Of a stretch of DNA of 64,000 bases, positions 39,116 through 53,400 are shown piece after piece. This DNA is from Lama guanicoe. Taxonomy: Eukaryota. Both the position numbers and the translations under genes were made by a program. Location: contig MU056000.1 of assembly GCA_013239625.1 (NCBI GenBank), positions 14,037,787-14,101,786 on the forward strand, written 5' to 3'. The notes under the pieces were generated by a model, which made no database searches, was not told the origin of the DNA, and was given only the letters and a program-made list of their open reading frames with translations. Each line of letters opens with the position of its first letter. Position 1 is the first letter of the stretch.

Positions 39116-39959
39116 CAAAATATATATATACACACTTACACACACACATATATGTATATATGTACATACAAATGGCCAGTATATAAAGAAAAACAACAAA
39201 AAAAATACACAGTTTGAATTTGGACAGGTTGCACATTCTTGACCCATTCTTAAAGGTTTATACACTTGGCAGTAGGTACCAAAAACCATCAAACCATGTA
39301 CAGTTGTTGAGCCAGCAAATTTACTTTCACAAAATGACTTACAGAATTGTTTAATAAAACAAAAAAATGCTTGTCTCCACTCTAGGACACCACAGCCTTT
39401 TCTTTTTTGTAATTTTGAAAATAACCATATGTATTTCCACCTGCCTCGTTCACTTCAGATATTAAAATTGTTTCCTGATCTAACTGGAATCCCCAGTCTG
39501 TTGTGTTGTTTGTGTCTTAATTTTCTGCCTTCTCTCTGGTCAACAGCCTCAACTGAGTCACTGTACTTTCACTGCAATGTATTAGTTCTCATCACCCTTT
39601 CTTTCACTTCATTAATTTTAAAAAAAGTAATAACAACACTTTTATGGACCAAAAGACTTTAAAGCACTTTATCTGAACTAACTCATTTAATATTTTAAGC
39701 CACCTAAAACACTGATACTACTACATATTATGAAGATAAATTAATATGAATAAAAAGTTAAATAAGTTGCCAATCATACAGTTAGTAAATTGTTCATGTA
39801 TATGAGACATGACTCCTGAATCTATACTCTCAAAATCATTGACAGTTGTATCAGGTCCATAACACAATCGTTGCCACATAAGAAGTATCAAATGAAAACA
39901 AAATTAAACTAAAGTCAGGTTGCAATGTTGGGTATACAGTGAGGTTCATTTCCATATTC

Positions 39960-40320
39960 TATATAATAATGAATTATTGAAAAGAAACAAAATGTTGAAT
40001 AATACATAACTAGTTAGATAAATTATGGTATATTTGAAAGTGGAATATTATCTAGCAACTAAAACTGCTATTGCATCATTATGCTTATTGATGGAAAATT
40101 ATTATATAAGTTTTCAAATTTAAAAAAGCAAACTAGAAATGATTTGGACAGGAATGACCCTATTTTTCAACACAAATATGTATATAGGAACAGAAAAAGC
40201 TCTACAATGGCACAGAAAAATGTTAGTGGGAAATATTTCCAAAACATAGTACAAAAGGTGATTTTAAAATGATTCTTTACTTTTTCCCTGCATTTTTCAA
40301 TGCAGTTCCTAAAATGAATA
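39960..40320 (+). mobile_element. Old L1ME-like 3' fragment
   Basis: gttagataaattatggtatatt...gtggaatattatctagcaactaaa motif. Confidence 0.55.
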
Positions 40321-43300
40321 TATTTATTAGTTAAGAAATGAAAAGGAATAATATGTATTTGAAACATTGAAATATATCATGACATAACTAACATAATCTG
40401 ATGTAAATACAGTGATCTTTTTTCAGTAAAGTTGAGAAACAGTAATAATGAACATTCAGTTCTGTTTTTGCACTTCAAAAAGGAGTGTAAAGTACAGTGA
40501 AGCATGGGATGGATACTTGGCACATTTATAAGTAGAGCACTACTCTCTCTAAAACATTAGGAACTAGAATCAACTCAAAAGGAAAAAATGCATAGCATTT
40601 ATAGATGGTCAAAATAGTATATTTTTCGTATAACAACCACCACCACAACAAAGAGAATAAGAAAAAAATCTTTTGGTCCCAGCTATCCATGGTAAACTTT
40701 TAAGAATATATTAGTCTAGAAAAATCAATTAAGGAAAACAAAAAGAAAAATCAATAAAGCATGCTAAAAATAATGTACTAAGCCTTCAATTATTTCTAAA
40801 TTCAGATGGCCCTCCTGTTTCCACATTGATGTAAAAATGTCAACATGACAGACTCCTTAGTATGCACTGAGTGCTTGTCTCAGTGGCCCATATTGCTGTA
40901 TAATACATTAGTTTACTTTGTATTTGATTTTAGAGAAATTAACTGCTGCACCTACACATTTTGCAGCAAATCTATTAAAGTGAAAGTAATGTTATCTGGT
41001 TTGTTAATGAGGTTTGGGATTGCTACAACAGTGTTGGTCAACCAGTTCTACAAGACATTGATCTGTATCTCCAATCAATCTCCTTGATTATACAGACAAG
41101 AAGGAAGAATAAAATAACCTAAAATGAAATTCAAGTGAGGAGAAGAGGACAGCATAGTATAAGCTCCTATCAGTTCTAAAATAACACCCCCACCAATGCT
41201 TCTAATATTACACACTTGAACTCTAATTCCCCCATGTGCTCACTGCACTCTGTATAGACACTTAACATCTCACTTAACTATACCGTGCACATTTAGTAAT
41301 AGGCTGGCTAAGCTACAGCTAGAACTAACCTTAGACTCTCAGTGGGTTACCATGAGAGAGGTACAGTTCCAGCTCACAAAAAGTCTGGCTTCTGTGTTGT
41401 AGTGGTGGTGGGGACAGACGGGGGGGGGGACTTCCACCTTGCAGCTCTGACACGACCTGGGGACTCAGGGCCCTCTGCTGGACCCTCAGCATCCCACAGG
41501 CAAGAGGAGAAAGAGTGCATTTGCCGGGGATGGGCCGTGAATGAATCCCTTCCATTCATACTCCATTTGAGTGAAATAGTTATAAATGGGAGTAGGACTG
41601 GGAAAAGTAGGCATGAGGGGGCACCTCTATAGAGGAGAGCAAGAATTTTTGTGGGCAGCTAGCTGTCTCTGGCACAGCCCATTTCACAAATCTAAGGTCT
41701 TTTCATCTTGGGCAGGCCTCCAGAAGAGAAGAGATGTTTTATTTTTGTATATACCAAATAAGGATGGCACATGGCAGTGCTTGCAAAATTTGTTTTCAAG
41801 TGAATCTTGGAATGCAAAAGAGTATTATGCTCATTAGTTGTCAAAATTACGGATATCTGTCTGTTACCACTTACTGTGATTTGGGTAAATACCAGTTGAG
41901 ATCATTGGAAAATATCAGAACACTGCTGAGGGCAACTTGCTGTTATAAGCTCTCAATAACTCTACATTTATTCAACAGCAGAATTTTAATTATTTTTTGC
42001 ATGTTATTATCTCACACAGAGACTTACAGTCACATCCAGGGCAATTTTTAAAAATAAATATGCTACATAGTAGTAGCTAGAATTAATTGTCACTAATAAA
42101 AATTGATGCTAAAAATCTAAATTTATACAAAAAGCAGTCTTTTTTTCATTTAAGGAATAAATAATGAGGGAAAAAAACATTCTGGGACTAAAGTAAATTA
42201 TATAAATGGAACCACAAGGCTAAAGTTTTTCTCAGTTATTTTTCTACAGTTGTATCTCTAAATGCATAAGCTCTCAGAATAATTAGAAACAGCAACGTTA
42301 AAGGCTAAAACAAAGAATAAAAATGTGTGAAATACTGAAGGAAACAATATTTATCAAATCTAAATTAATAATTTAATGATAGATTTTTAAAAGTCTATGT
42401 GTATAAAATATAAACTATATCTTGAGGCAAATATTTCTGGAATTTTTTTAGTATTCTCTGGAATAATCTGCATAGTAGGCAATAGTAAACAAAGGAAGAA
42501 CAAATTTAGTTTCTAAGATGGACAAATACCTTGCTTAATAAAAACCTACGGAGTGAAAAGTGCATATTTGTATAAATGTACATTGTGACAAGTATCATGT
42601 TGATAACATATAGTGTTTGATTATAAATTTTACAAAATTAACAAGGCCGGATAACCCAGGAAATAGCAGCCATAGAGTATTATAATTTCTAATGATAGAA
42701 ATAGTTAAAAAATCTAAGGTTGTCAAGAGGAATCTTTGATGTATGAGAAAATTACAGCCTCTGAAAAGTATAAGGATCAAAAACCACACATTATGTTAAT
42801 CTCTACTCCTCCACCCACATGTGTTGGCTCTCTGCTATTTTTATTTGTTTTAAAATTTCACTGCAATCTTTTTAGTCCCAATATGGCAAAATTGCTGCAT
42901 CATTTTAACAACGTATGATGCTCTCTGGTTACCCAAGATGCAAAAATGCCAAAATCTTTCTTCAAATATTGACCCTGGAAAGAGCAAAATTCTAATACGT
43001 ACATTCCCAGAGAACAGAAATAAAACCATATTTTATAAACTATTTCAAATTTATCCTTACAATAAATCTAATATTGTTTTAAAACATTCAGGTTTTAAAT
43101 ATGAATAAATGATTTTATATATTTGAGAAAACATCATGTATGTCTTCTAAAAGGATACCACTGACCATTATTTTAGTATAGTTGAAAATCAAAACAATGT
43201 ATTACATACAAAAATATTGGCATCAATTACTTCTATATATTATATTATTAACATTTAAAATAAAAATATATGCATTCTATAACACTGTAGATTAGCACTA

Positions 43301-44879
43301 ATTCATATTTCATTGATATTTTTCTTTTAACAGTAAACTTTCTGCTCTTCTTCTGATTACTATTTAAAAGTGCTTTTCACAAATCCCTGAACGATGACAC
43401 CACTGCATAATGTCGTTGAGTGAAATAAAGCTAAATGTAGTGAGACAAAGCAAAATGAAGGGACCTAAGACCACGTAACAAAGTCAGAAAGATAAAAGTC
43501 TGACATGAGGCTTAAAAAAAATATGGAGAGAGAGAAAGAGAGAGTAAGCAAGTAAAACAGAAAAAAATCAGACAAAATTTCAAGGCAGAGTGACAAATTA
43601 AATGAATTCAAAGACACCTCTAACAAATGGCCAATGAACAGCAGTAATTTCCATTAAACTTATATTTAAAACCAACATAAAACAATTATTTCCCAAGGAA
43701 TGTCAGGGAAAAGTATTTATTTTTATTGGGTGAGCCACCTATTAGTATTTCCCAGTTTGTGGAATCTCTCTCTTGTTCCCTGTATTTTTGAATTTCTACC
43801 ACTCACTGACTACAATTAACTAATGCCAATCAAAAAAAAAAACTGTTAGATTGTGCTTATCCATTTGTTTATAAGAGAGTATGGAATAAGCAGCAGAAAA
43901 ATGGAAACTTTTAGTTATTTTCAAATCCTCGAATATTCTCTGTTATTCTCTGGATGCTGAGGACTGGTAACCAAGCAACTGTAGCAGAGGCTGGAATGTG
44001 TGTACTTTGGAGACACACAGACTTTTCAAGAAGGCCACAACTGAGATGAATTGAGATTAAAAGGGAGAATACATTCTTGCAAAATATTTGTTGAGTTTTG
44101 TGTCAGTTAATTAATTTACCTCATTAAATTCTCCATGATAAAAAATAAAATCTTCATTTCAAGTGCTTAATGAGAAAGGAACTTAAACAAATACATGCAA
44201 ATGGTGGAGCGTATTGTTCTTCAAACGTTTTAATCTAAGAATGTATTCTGGGTATAGTTTCACATTTTCACTTGCCTATGAAATGGATGTTGTTAATTTA
44301 TTGGAATTTATCTCCATTCAAACTTACACTTAGCACCTCTACCTCACTGTTTGCATTGGCTTTAGCAAAACTTATTCTTACCAGATTATATGTTAGTGCT
44401 CTGTCACTGACAAGGTTGGTGTTCAGTACTTAAGTGACAAAAGACGTATAATTTTGTACAATCAAAATATCAACATTATGCAGTGGAATAAATTGAGGAT
44501 CATGTAGCTCCTTCAAAGTAGTGATTCTAACTTTCAATATATTTTAGTCACAAGGTAAAATTGTACCTTCTTAATAATGGAAAACTAAATTCTTTGAAAC
44601 TGATTTTAAAAATATATTTGTATCTCAGCATTCACTATGACATTTCCTACTTCCCCAAACTGGGGTTTTAGCTCCCTTTTCCCTGCTTAGCTAATGACAG
44701 AGACTAGCTGTGAAAGTGTTAACAAATTTGCATTCAAGAGTAAGGGCACCTAAAACTGAACCGTGTCTGTCATCTTCTCCACCTCTTTGTACTCAGAGTT
44801 TAAGCGTTTAAGGAAGCACCCTGGACTACTTTAACATTAAAACAATATTTTGCCCCCTAATTGCCATAAAGCAATTGCC

Positions 44880-45125
44880 TTTACAAGTATTAATCTCTTA
44901 GGACTCCGAACCCAGACCATATCTGCAAATGCTGATTATTCTAATTACTGGTGATATGATCTTGGGCCAGTTAGTTAGCTCACTGTATTTCAATTATTTT
45001 ATCTATAAATTGAAAATAATAGTACTACCTCCCTTAGAGTGTTGCAATGAGGTGAATATGAGTTGATGCATATACACATTTACACTAATGCCTAGCATCA
45101 GTGATTACTTAATGAATATTAGATA
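44880..45125 (+). mobile_element. MIR SINE
   Basis: tgatcttgggccagtta...atctataaattgaaaataatagtactacctc...atgcctagca. Confidence 0.75.
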
Positions 45126-45479
45126 CTGCAATTTTAGTGATTATTAATAATATAACACTTGTAATTCCAGTTCATTTATGTTACTCAGTCGTCATTTAAG
45201 ACACCACTTAGAAAGTTGTTAATCTGGTAGTCAACTAGAAAGCAAAGGACCAAGGGGCAATAAAAAAAATGGAAAACAACTTTGCTACTTCTTACATACA
45301 AAACACAATAAAATTTTTCAAAGTATATATATATTTTAAATTTTGTAAAATAGATATACTTTACAAGAGCATGAGAACCAAAAATAAGCTAATAGAAGGA
45401 GAGGGAGAGAAGACAAACTTGGGTTACATGTGTTTCATTTAAAGTCTGTGAGAAATGTTAAAATCTTTAATGAAAACTA

Positions 45480-45690
45480 TCTATCTTATGTATATATAAA
45501 GAAATGTTATAAATATAATAAATGCATATATTGAATATACATGTGTATGTTATTAATATATGTTGTATAGTAAATATATATAAAGATGTACACATATAAT
45601 ATGGTGTGTATATATAATACATGCAATTGTATAATTGTATACACGTTTGTATATAGACACACATATATAAATATGTAGTAAGTATTATTT
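45480..45690. repeat. TA/TG-rich low-complexity repeat
   Basis: Degenerate (TA)n/(TATG)n tract. Confidence 0.8.
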
Positions 45691-45949
45691 TTACTAGTGT
45701 CACTACTTTACAACTATAGATAGAACTATGAAAGCAGTCCTACTGGGAAGCACTAATTCTAAAGCGTTAAGTTCAGCAGCTGAAGGAATGGAAAAGGCCA
45801 GCCAGTGTGTGCTTTTTCTGCAATCTTCACATATGTTCACTTGGAAGAAGTTTACATCGTTCCCTTCTCTTACCTATATATCAATTTTCAGATTCTTCAT
45901 AGTTGTTCTCATCTTTTTACTGTTATCAAAAAAGGTGATACTCATGTTC

Positions 45950-46217
45950 TATGATCCTTTTAATGTGCTACTGAATTCAACTGCTAATATTTTGTTGAGG
46001 GATTTTGCATCCATGTTCATCAGGGCTATTGGACTGTAGCTTTCTTTGTTTGTGGAGTCTCTCTGGTATTGGTGTCAGGTTGATGCTGGCTTTGTAAGAA
46101 GAGTTTGGGAAGCAAGGATGGTTCAACATATGCAAATTAGTGAAATGCATCACATTAACAGAATGAAGAATAAAAATCACATGATCATCTCAATAGGTGC
46201 AGATATAGCATTTGACA
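45950..46217. mobile_element. Short internal L1 ORF2 fragment with an inversion
   Basis: 45950-46112 antisense RT (SINLTP.P...NYSPIALMNMDAKIPQQ-like); 46112-46217 sense RT (QGWFNICK...HHINRMKNKNHMIISIGADIAFD). Confidence 0.85.
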
Positions 46218-46559
46218 TGATTATATAAAATTACCATTATTATTATAACTCTTCTACATATGTAACATACACACCTACCATAAATGTCAACCTCCCCAGG
46301 CACATTGCACTGTTTTGGGTTTCAACTTTATTACAGGGTTTTCACGGGCTGGATATCTGAACAGAATACCCCTGCTATGCTTTGTATCTTCTTTACTCTC
46401 CTCCACAAATATCCCTAATTTTTCGAAGAACTAATCTTAAACTTTTCTAGTCACTAAAAGAGATGAAACAGTGGAAACCAGTACGCCTATACTTCAACTC
46501 TGGTTCTTCTGTTTATTAAATGTGTAAATTCTAAAATTTTACTTCCTTCAATTTTCCCC

Positions 46560-47420
46560 TTATTCAATGATTATAGACTATCTACGCCAATGTTTGACTA
46601 TCTGCTGATTATTGGGAGGTACACGGTGAACAAAAAACATCATACCTGCACTTAAGGAATTAAGAATCTGTTGGTGAAGCCAGCTAATAATACATGAATA
46701 ATTAAAATGAAAATTAAAGCATTCTAATTTGGTAGGTTCTACAAAGGAACAACTGAAGGTGCTATGAGAGGGAGATAAAAAGCAAGCATAGCTGAGAGAA
46801 CTAGAAGCACCAATAAATGAGGCCAGCACGTGCCACTGAGTCTGCGTTACAGATTTAGAATTTAATCTAAATGCCCTTAGAAGCCACAGACGGATTTTAA
46901 CCCTAGAATGATGGGACCAGGTACTTGTTTATAAAGGATCAATCTGGCTGCTGGAGAGGGAAGAGCTGAGATGGTGCGAGGAGAGTAACGGGACACCAAT
47001 TAGGAAGCTACCTCAGTATTTAAGGTGAGAGAGGATGGCAAAATAAATTAGAGCGGAGAGCGGCGAAACGAAGACAACCAGACAGATGTGAGATCCATTT
47101 TCGACGAGGAGCTGACAGGACTCACTAACAGACGGGGTTTAGCGAGAGGTGAGTACAAAAGAGGTGTCAACAATGATTATCGGGTGTCCCGCTTCAACAC
47201 TTGAGTGGCTGGAGGTGTAATTACTGAAAAGAGGGTTCTACAGGGACACCAGGTAGGAACCAACGTAAGGAGAGAGGCTGAAGGTTTTCTTTCTCAGGTT
47301 ACTTTTTGAGATGACAGCAAAGCCTGCAAACATATATATTAGATTGATACTACCTATAGGAGTCTGATGCTCAGAGAGGTGTCATTCAGTTAGAAATATA
47401 AATCTCTTTATCATCACCAG
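46560..47420 (-). mobile_element. L2 fragment (locally CpG-rich)
   Basis: Antisense L2 motifs: agaagccacagacggattttaa, aaaggatcaatctggctgctgg, ccaattaggaagcta, gagctgacaggact. Confidence 0.75.
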
Positions 47421-50400
47421 TTTCCTCATTTGAAAATGAGGGGGGGCACTGAGTGTGGCAGTAAACATTAATACATACAAAATGCCAGACACATGACACT
47501 GGACGCAGATATCAGGGGTGTGAGCCTAACAACATTCCTACATCTTCAAAAAAAATGCATATATACACATACACATGCATACGTACATACATGCATAAAT
47601 GCATATTGTTCAACATATATTTAGTAGGGAGTGAAAGAAAAATACTTCTCTTAAAAGGAGTTGTATGCTTTGTTTTTTATATTCAAAATAAGAAATGTAT
47701 TACACAAATAATATTTATATTAAGGGCAAATGCATTAACTTTCTGGAATTATCTTTCCTTTAACAGCTCTCCCATCACTTGTAACTGGATAAGCTAGTCA
47801 TTCATACTCAGGAGAGAGGTAACTTCTAGCAGCATCAGTCAAATCCTGTGGCTGCACATGACAGAATTTCTGTTTCACAGGAACAAAAACACAGTTCCAA
47901 TCCCAACTGGCTTCCAGTTACAGGATTTTGAAAGTAATTATCTGACACAGCAGAAGCCAAACAGTGCTCTATTTTTATTTTCTATTTCAAACTCCGAAGG
48001 CGAATCAGATTCTCACCAGAAATGTGACAGAAACAGGAGGAAAAGAAATAGATTTACTTACTCATTCATTTACACGAGCTGAAGCAGAGTCAATAGTCTG
48101 AAAAATTCAGCAAGATGCTTCCCACTTTTCCACAGCTCCTGTTCCATCTTTACTTTATTTTGTCGTGTTCTACATCAGACTACTTTTGCAGGAACGTTAA
48201 GGAATTTAAATGTAGATATTTCTTTTTAACCACATACAACAGGTCAACAGTATTATGTCAGCCATTATTTGGCTTCTAAATTTTAGTTAATGAGAACTAA
48301 AGATAGTTTCCTGTCACAGACTTTTTAGCAGTATTGTCACTGAACCAAGGCAAGCTGGATCCCAAATGCACAATAAAGGACAACTTTGTTAAATATCTAC
48401 AGAAAGTCTGACAACAGACATTAGCATATAGATTTATATGTAGTATTCAAAAGCTAAACTTTATGTGAACAAACAATTTTTATACTCTTTCTTAGAGATG
48501 AACCTGTTATGGTAGAAATTTCTACTTCAACAGAAAAACAAGTCATGTAGACATATGCACAGAGGCACTTTTGAATGTGTCAGAGATCGGCATGATATCT
48601 GCATTTTATTTCACTGCTGTTTTGACAGCTTTTATAGAATGGCTTTCAGAAACAATGCAGCCATTTGGTTATCCTAGAGTCTGCTTCTGGGCAATCAATA
48701 CATAATAATTACTATACTTCTACAAAAGCTACAGCTACTGCGCCATTCACCATGAAAGAAAATTCCGTGCTTCTATAATTCTTCACCTACATTCCTACTC
48801 ATAATTTGCTGGTTTCTTCTGTAGATAACCATATAACTTGGGTAAAGCAGAGTTCAGCTAGTGATCTGTGGCTGTTATTTGTGGTAAATAGATTCTACTT
48901 GTTTCCAACCTTGAACCTAAGGCTAAACTAGTTTCTGGTTACCGACATTTCACTAACTTCAAAATAAGTAACATAAGTAAATTATTAAAGAGTTTTATGG
49001 AGTTGGGTGTAATGCGTTACAGGGTGTTTTAAGTCGTTTTACTAATATAATTGGGACTGCCCCAGAGATAAGGTAATCATAAGATTCATCATCAAATGTT
49101 CCCTATATTTTATTTGGGGAAAGGAATTATAAGCCAGATGTAAACTAGGTCTAACAGGGGTAAACTGCAAGCATGGTTGACCTAGAACAATCCTAGAATA
49201 AAATCTTAGTGGTCTTTACATTGTTGCATTCGTTATGGGTTTTGATGATAATAGGAACAAGACATTTTTTTTAAATTATGCATGAAAGTTAACGTTAGGA
49301 GGACAAGAGAACAAATATAATTTGTCTGTAATTTAGCATTAGAAAAAGAAGAGAGTAAAACAGATAAAACCCAGGGTATTGATGCTGCATTTCTGAGAGT
49401 CAGGGGAAGGTTTGAGAGAAAGGGTTATAGAAGGAGGCTTGATAACACTGACTTGGACATTTTCTGGAAGGAGGTAAAGATTCACTGCGATATAATCTGG
49501 GGAGAAGGACTGGAGATACCTCTGCACACGTGGAGAGCAATCATCTAAAAAGGAAATGATGCATTTGGTAATAAAGTATCCCATGTCGGAAATAAGTTTT
49601 AGGATGCTACAACTAGAAAAATGGCCCAGGTTCAAACATTTATTTTCTTGAAAACACTTGAATATGCATGTATGAAAGAAGAAAATCTTCTCTCTCAAAA
49701 TCCAAATAGATTATCAAGAAAAATTAAGCCATAACCCAATTAACACTGTTTCATATTAAACAGTGCTGTAAATGCATTACAACATGAAATAGGACTAACC
49801 ATAACTAAACTAGATTTAAATTCATATGTTCATGGCATTCATTTTTTAAAGCCATGCATGAAACATGTGGGATAAATTAGTAAGTAAGGCAGTCACACTG
49901 ATAAATAAGGTAATTCAGTGTATAAAATGTATGTTAGAAGAGTTCAGAAAAGATGGTGTAGATTCAATTTTCCCATTCCTTCCTCATAAGCAGAATTGTA
50001 GATCCTGAAAACGGCACTGGGAACAATCACCAGGGAATCTGTTAGTTGGAGGGTACAAGGCACCCTGCTGCTGTCCCATCCTCCAGACCTGGGGTTAGAG
50101 AAGTCCCTCTGACAACATTAGGTACACAGACAGCTCTGATAAGGGGGGTGCCTGAGAGCCCCCCCGAGAATAAACAGTCAGTGGAAACAGTGTTCTTTCT
50201 CGTATAATGTGAGACTCCCCTTTCCCAGTAAGAGCTACTGAAACAGGGGGCAGAGCTGCTGGAGAGACCCAATACCAGTTAGTCTGGCCAAGGCAGACTC
50301 TTCGACTTCACGGTCATGAGATTCTCCACCCCTGAACAAGGACGCCAAGGAAGCGAGAGGTCACTGGGAGGGGAGTTTCACCACACTGCTCCCTTATCAA

Positions 50401-53400
50401 GAGACACTGAGCAGACTGACCTAGGGGGAACTCATTTGGCCCTTGGAGGAGGGTAATTTGGGATAACTGGGTACCCCGCTGATTTCAGATAAACTAAGGA
50501 GACTAAAATAATACCACAAAGGCACAGAGCATTTACTGCCATTTGAATGGCAGCCCATTAAAGTAATCTGAGACCCACATGCTAAACCTCAACTGGGTGA
50601 CTGCTTGCTAAAACAGAACATTTAAATAAAACCCAGAGTCTCCTATAATGATAGGAAAAAATGTCTAGGAAATCACAAAAAACTCACCCATTATACCAAG
50701 AAAGAACCAGGAAAAATCACAACTTGAATGGTGAAAGCCAATCAATTGATGCCAACACCAAGATGAATCAATTATTGGAATTACTGGACAAGGATTTTTA
50801 AAGCAGCTTTTATAAAAATGCTTCAATAATAAATTCTAATTATCTTGAAACAAATGAAAAAGAGAAAAAATAGATAATCTCAGCAAAGAAATAAAAGTTA
50901 TTAAAAAAATGGCCAAATGGAAATGATAGAATTCGAAAACACAATAATAGAAAAAAAAAGTATCACTGTATAGGCTTAATAGTAGAGTGGAGATGACAGA
51001 GGACAGAATCAACCAACTTGAGGACAGAATAAAACTCACCCAGTCTGAGAGAGAAAAAAATGGTCTGGAAAATAATAAACAGGGCTTCAGGGATGCAAGG
51101 GACAATAACAAAAGATTCAATAGATATATTACTAGAATTCTAAGAGAAGTGCAAGGACTGAAGCTGGAAGAATTTTGAAGAAATTATGATGAAAAACCTG
51201 CTAGATTTGGTTAAAAAAACCAACAGATCCAAAAAGCTGAGAAAACCCCAAGCAAGTTAAAGAAATCCATAGTATGATTTATTACAATTAATCTTCTGAA
51301 ACTTAAAGAAAAACTGTTGAAAGCAGCCGGAGAGAAATGATGCACTACCTACAGAGAAAAGCAAACATCAACAACAACAACAACAACAGCAAAACAGTTC
51401 AAATGGCAGTGGATTTCTCCTTTGGAGAAATTAGGGAGAATCGAGGGAAGAGGTACAGTGTTTTGCAAGCTTGAAAGAAAAGCACAATCAGCTATGAATT
51501 CTATATTGCAAAAATATCCCTCAAAAATAAAGGAAATATAAACATTCTTGGATGAAAACCAAAAGAACCTATTGATAATAGACCTAATCTTAAAGATTGG
51601 CTAAAGGAAGTTTTTCAAACAGAAAGGAAATGACAAATTAAGTAATATTGAAGCATCAGGAAGGCAGAGTGATAAGGCCAAAAAAAAGAGAAATATGAAT
51701 CAATGTAATAGTTACGCTTTTCTTATAAATTTTATAAATCATATTTAAATATTGAAACAAAAACTATAATCCCATCTGACATCCAAGAATATAATATTTT
51801 AAAGCCAGGAAGGCAAAGGGACCAAAATGAAAATGAGGTTTCTGCATTCCCTCAAAGAGGTAAAATGTTGACATTAGTAGCCTTTTAGAAACCACCTATA
51901 TATATATGGTAACAACTAGATCAACCACAGTGAAAACTATACCAAGAGGTACACACAAAAGCACTACATATAAATGGACAAACTCCTACACAATGTTCAT
52001 GTAGCCCACATAATGGCATGCAGATAAATGAGAACCAGAGAAAACAAACAGGAAATAAATAGTAAAACTAAACTTTTACTCATGAACATATCAATAATGA
52101 TCTTAAATAAAATGCCTTAAATGCAATAATGATAATATAGAGAAAGAAGACCAAACAATAAACACAATCCAACTATATGCTGCTTACAAAAAAACTCCAA
52201 ATTCAATGACATAGGCAGATGCTGAACATAAAAGAATGGAAAAGATACATCACGCAAACATGAAAATAAAGCACTTATTTTTTTAAATGAGTGTCTGTCT
52301 TAATATTTGACAAAATTTTGTTTGGAGCAAAGAAAAGTACTAGAGACAAAAATAATGATAAAAGGACAAATCCATCAGGAAGACATTACATTCTAAATAT
52401 GGATGCACAAGAGAGCTTCGAAATACATGAAACGAAATCTGATAGAGTTGAAAGGAGAAATAGACAAGTCCACAAATATATTTTGGAATTTCAACCCCCT
52501 TCCCTATCAACTGATAGAACTACAGACAGAAGATGTGCAAGGACACATATGCAAATTTAGGAAAAATCAAAAGGATCCGACTGGCATATATAGAACACTC
52601 TTTGCTAATAACAGTATAATATGCAGTTTTTCAAGTACCCATGGACATTCACCAAGATAGACCATATCATGCTCCATAAAACGAAACTCAAAAAAATTTA
52701 AAATATTGAAATCATCAGAATGTGTTACCTGATTTTAATGGAATCAAACTAAAAATGAACAACAGAAAGACAATGGAAAAGTCTCTAAACACATACAAAT
52801 TTTAAAAGACATTTACAAGTGATTCATAGATCAAAGAGGAAGTTTCAAAGAAAATAAGTATTTCTAACTAAATGAAAAGAAAACATACCATATCAGAATA
52901 CGTGGAATGCAACTAAAGTGGTGTTACAAATGAAGTTTACAGCTATATGCTAACATTAGAAATGAGGTAGCATCTTATATTAATAATTAATTTTCCTACT
53001 TCAAGATGCTGGAAAAGAATGAAATAAATTCAAGTAAATAGAAAAAAGGAAACAACAAAGATAAGAACAGAAGTCAATAAAACTGAAAACAAGAAAAAAC
53101 AGATGAAAGAAAATTCTGATTCTTAAAAAAGTCAATTAAATTGATAAACCTCTAGGAAGACTGAAAAATACTTTTTTTTAAAAAAGGAGGAAGACAAAAA
53201 TCATTAATTCAGTATCAAAGATGGGATAACATTACAGATACTGCAGCCTTTAAAAAGGTAATAATGGGATATTATGAAAAATTTTATACTCATATATCTG
53301 ACAATTTAAAAGAAATGGATTAATTCCTTGAAAGCCGCAGACTATCACAGTGAAAAAGTTTACCTGAATTGGCTATAACCATCAAAGAAATTGTATTCAC

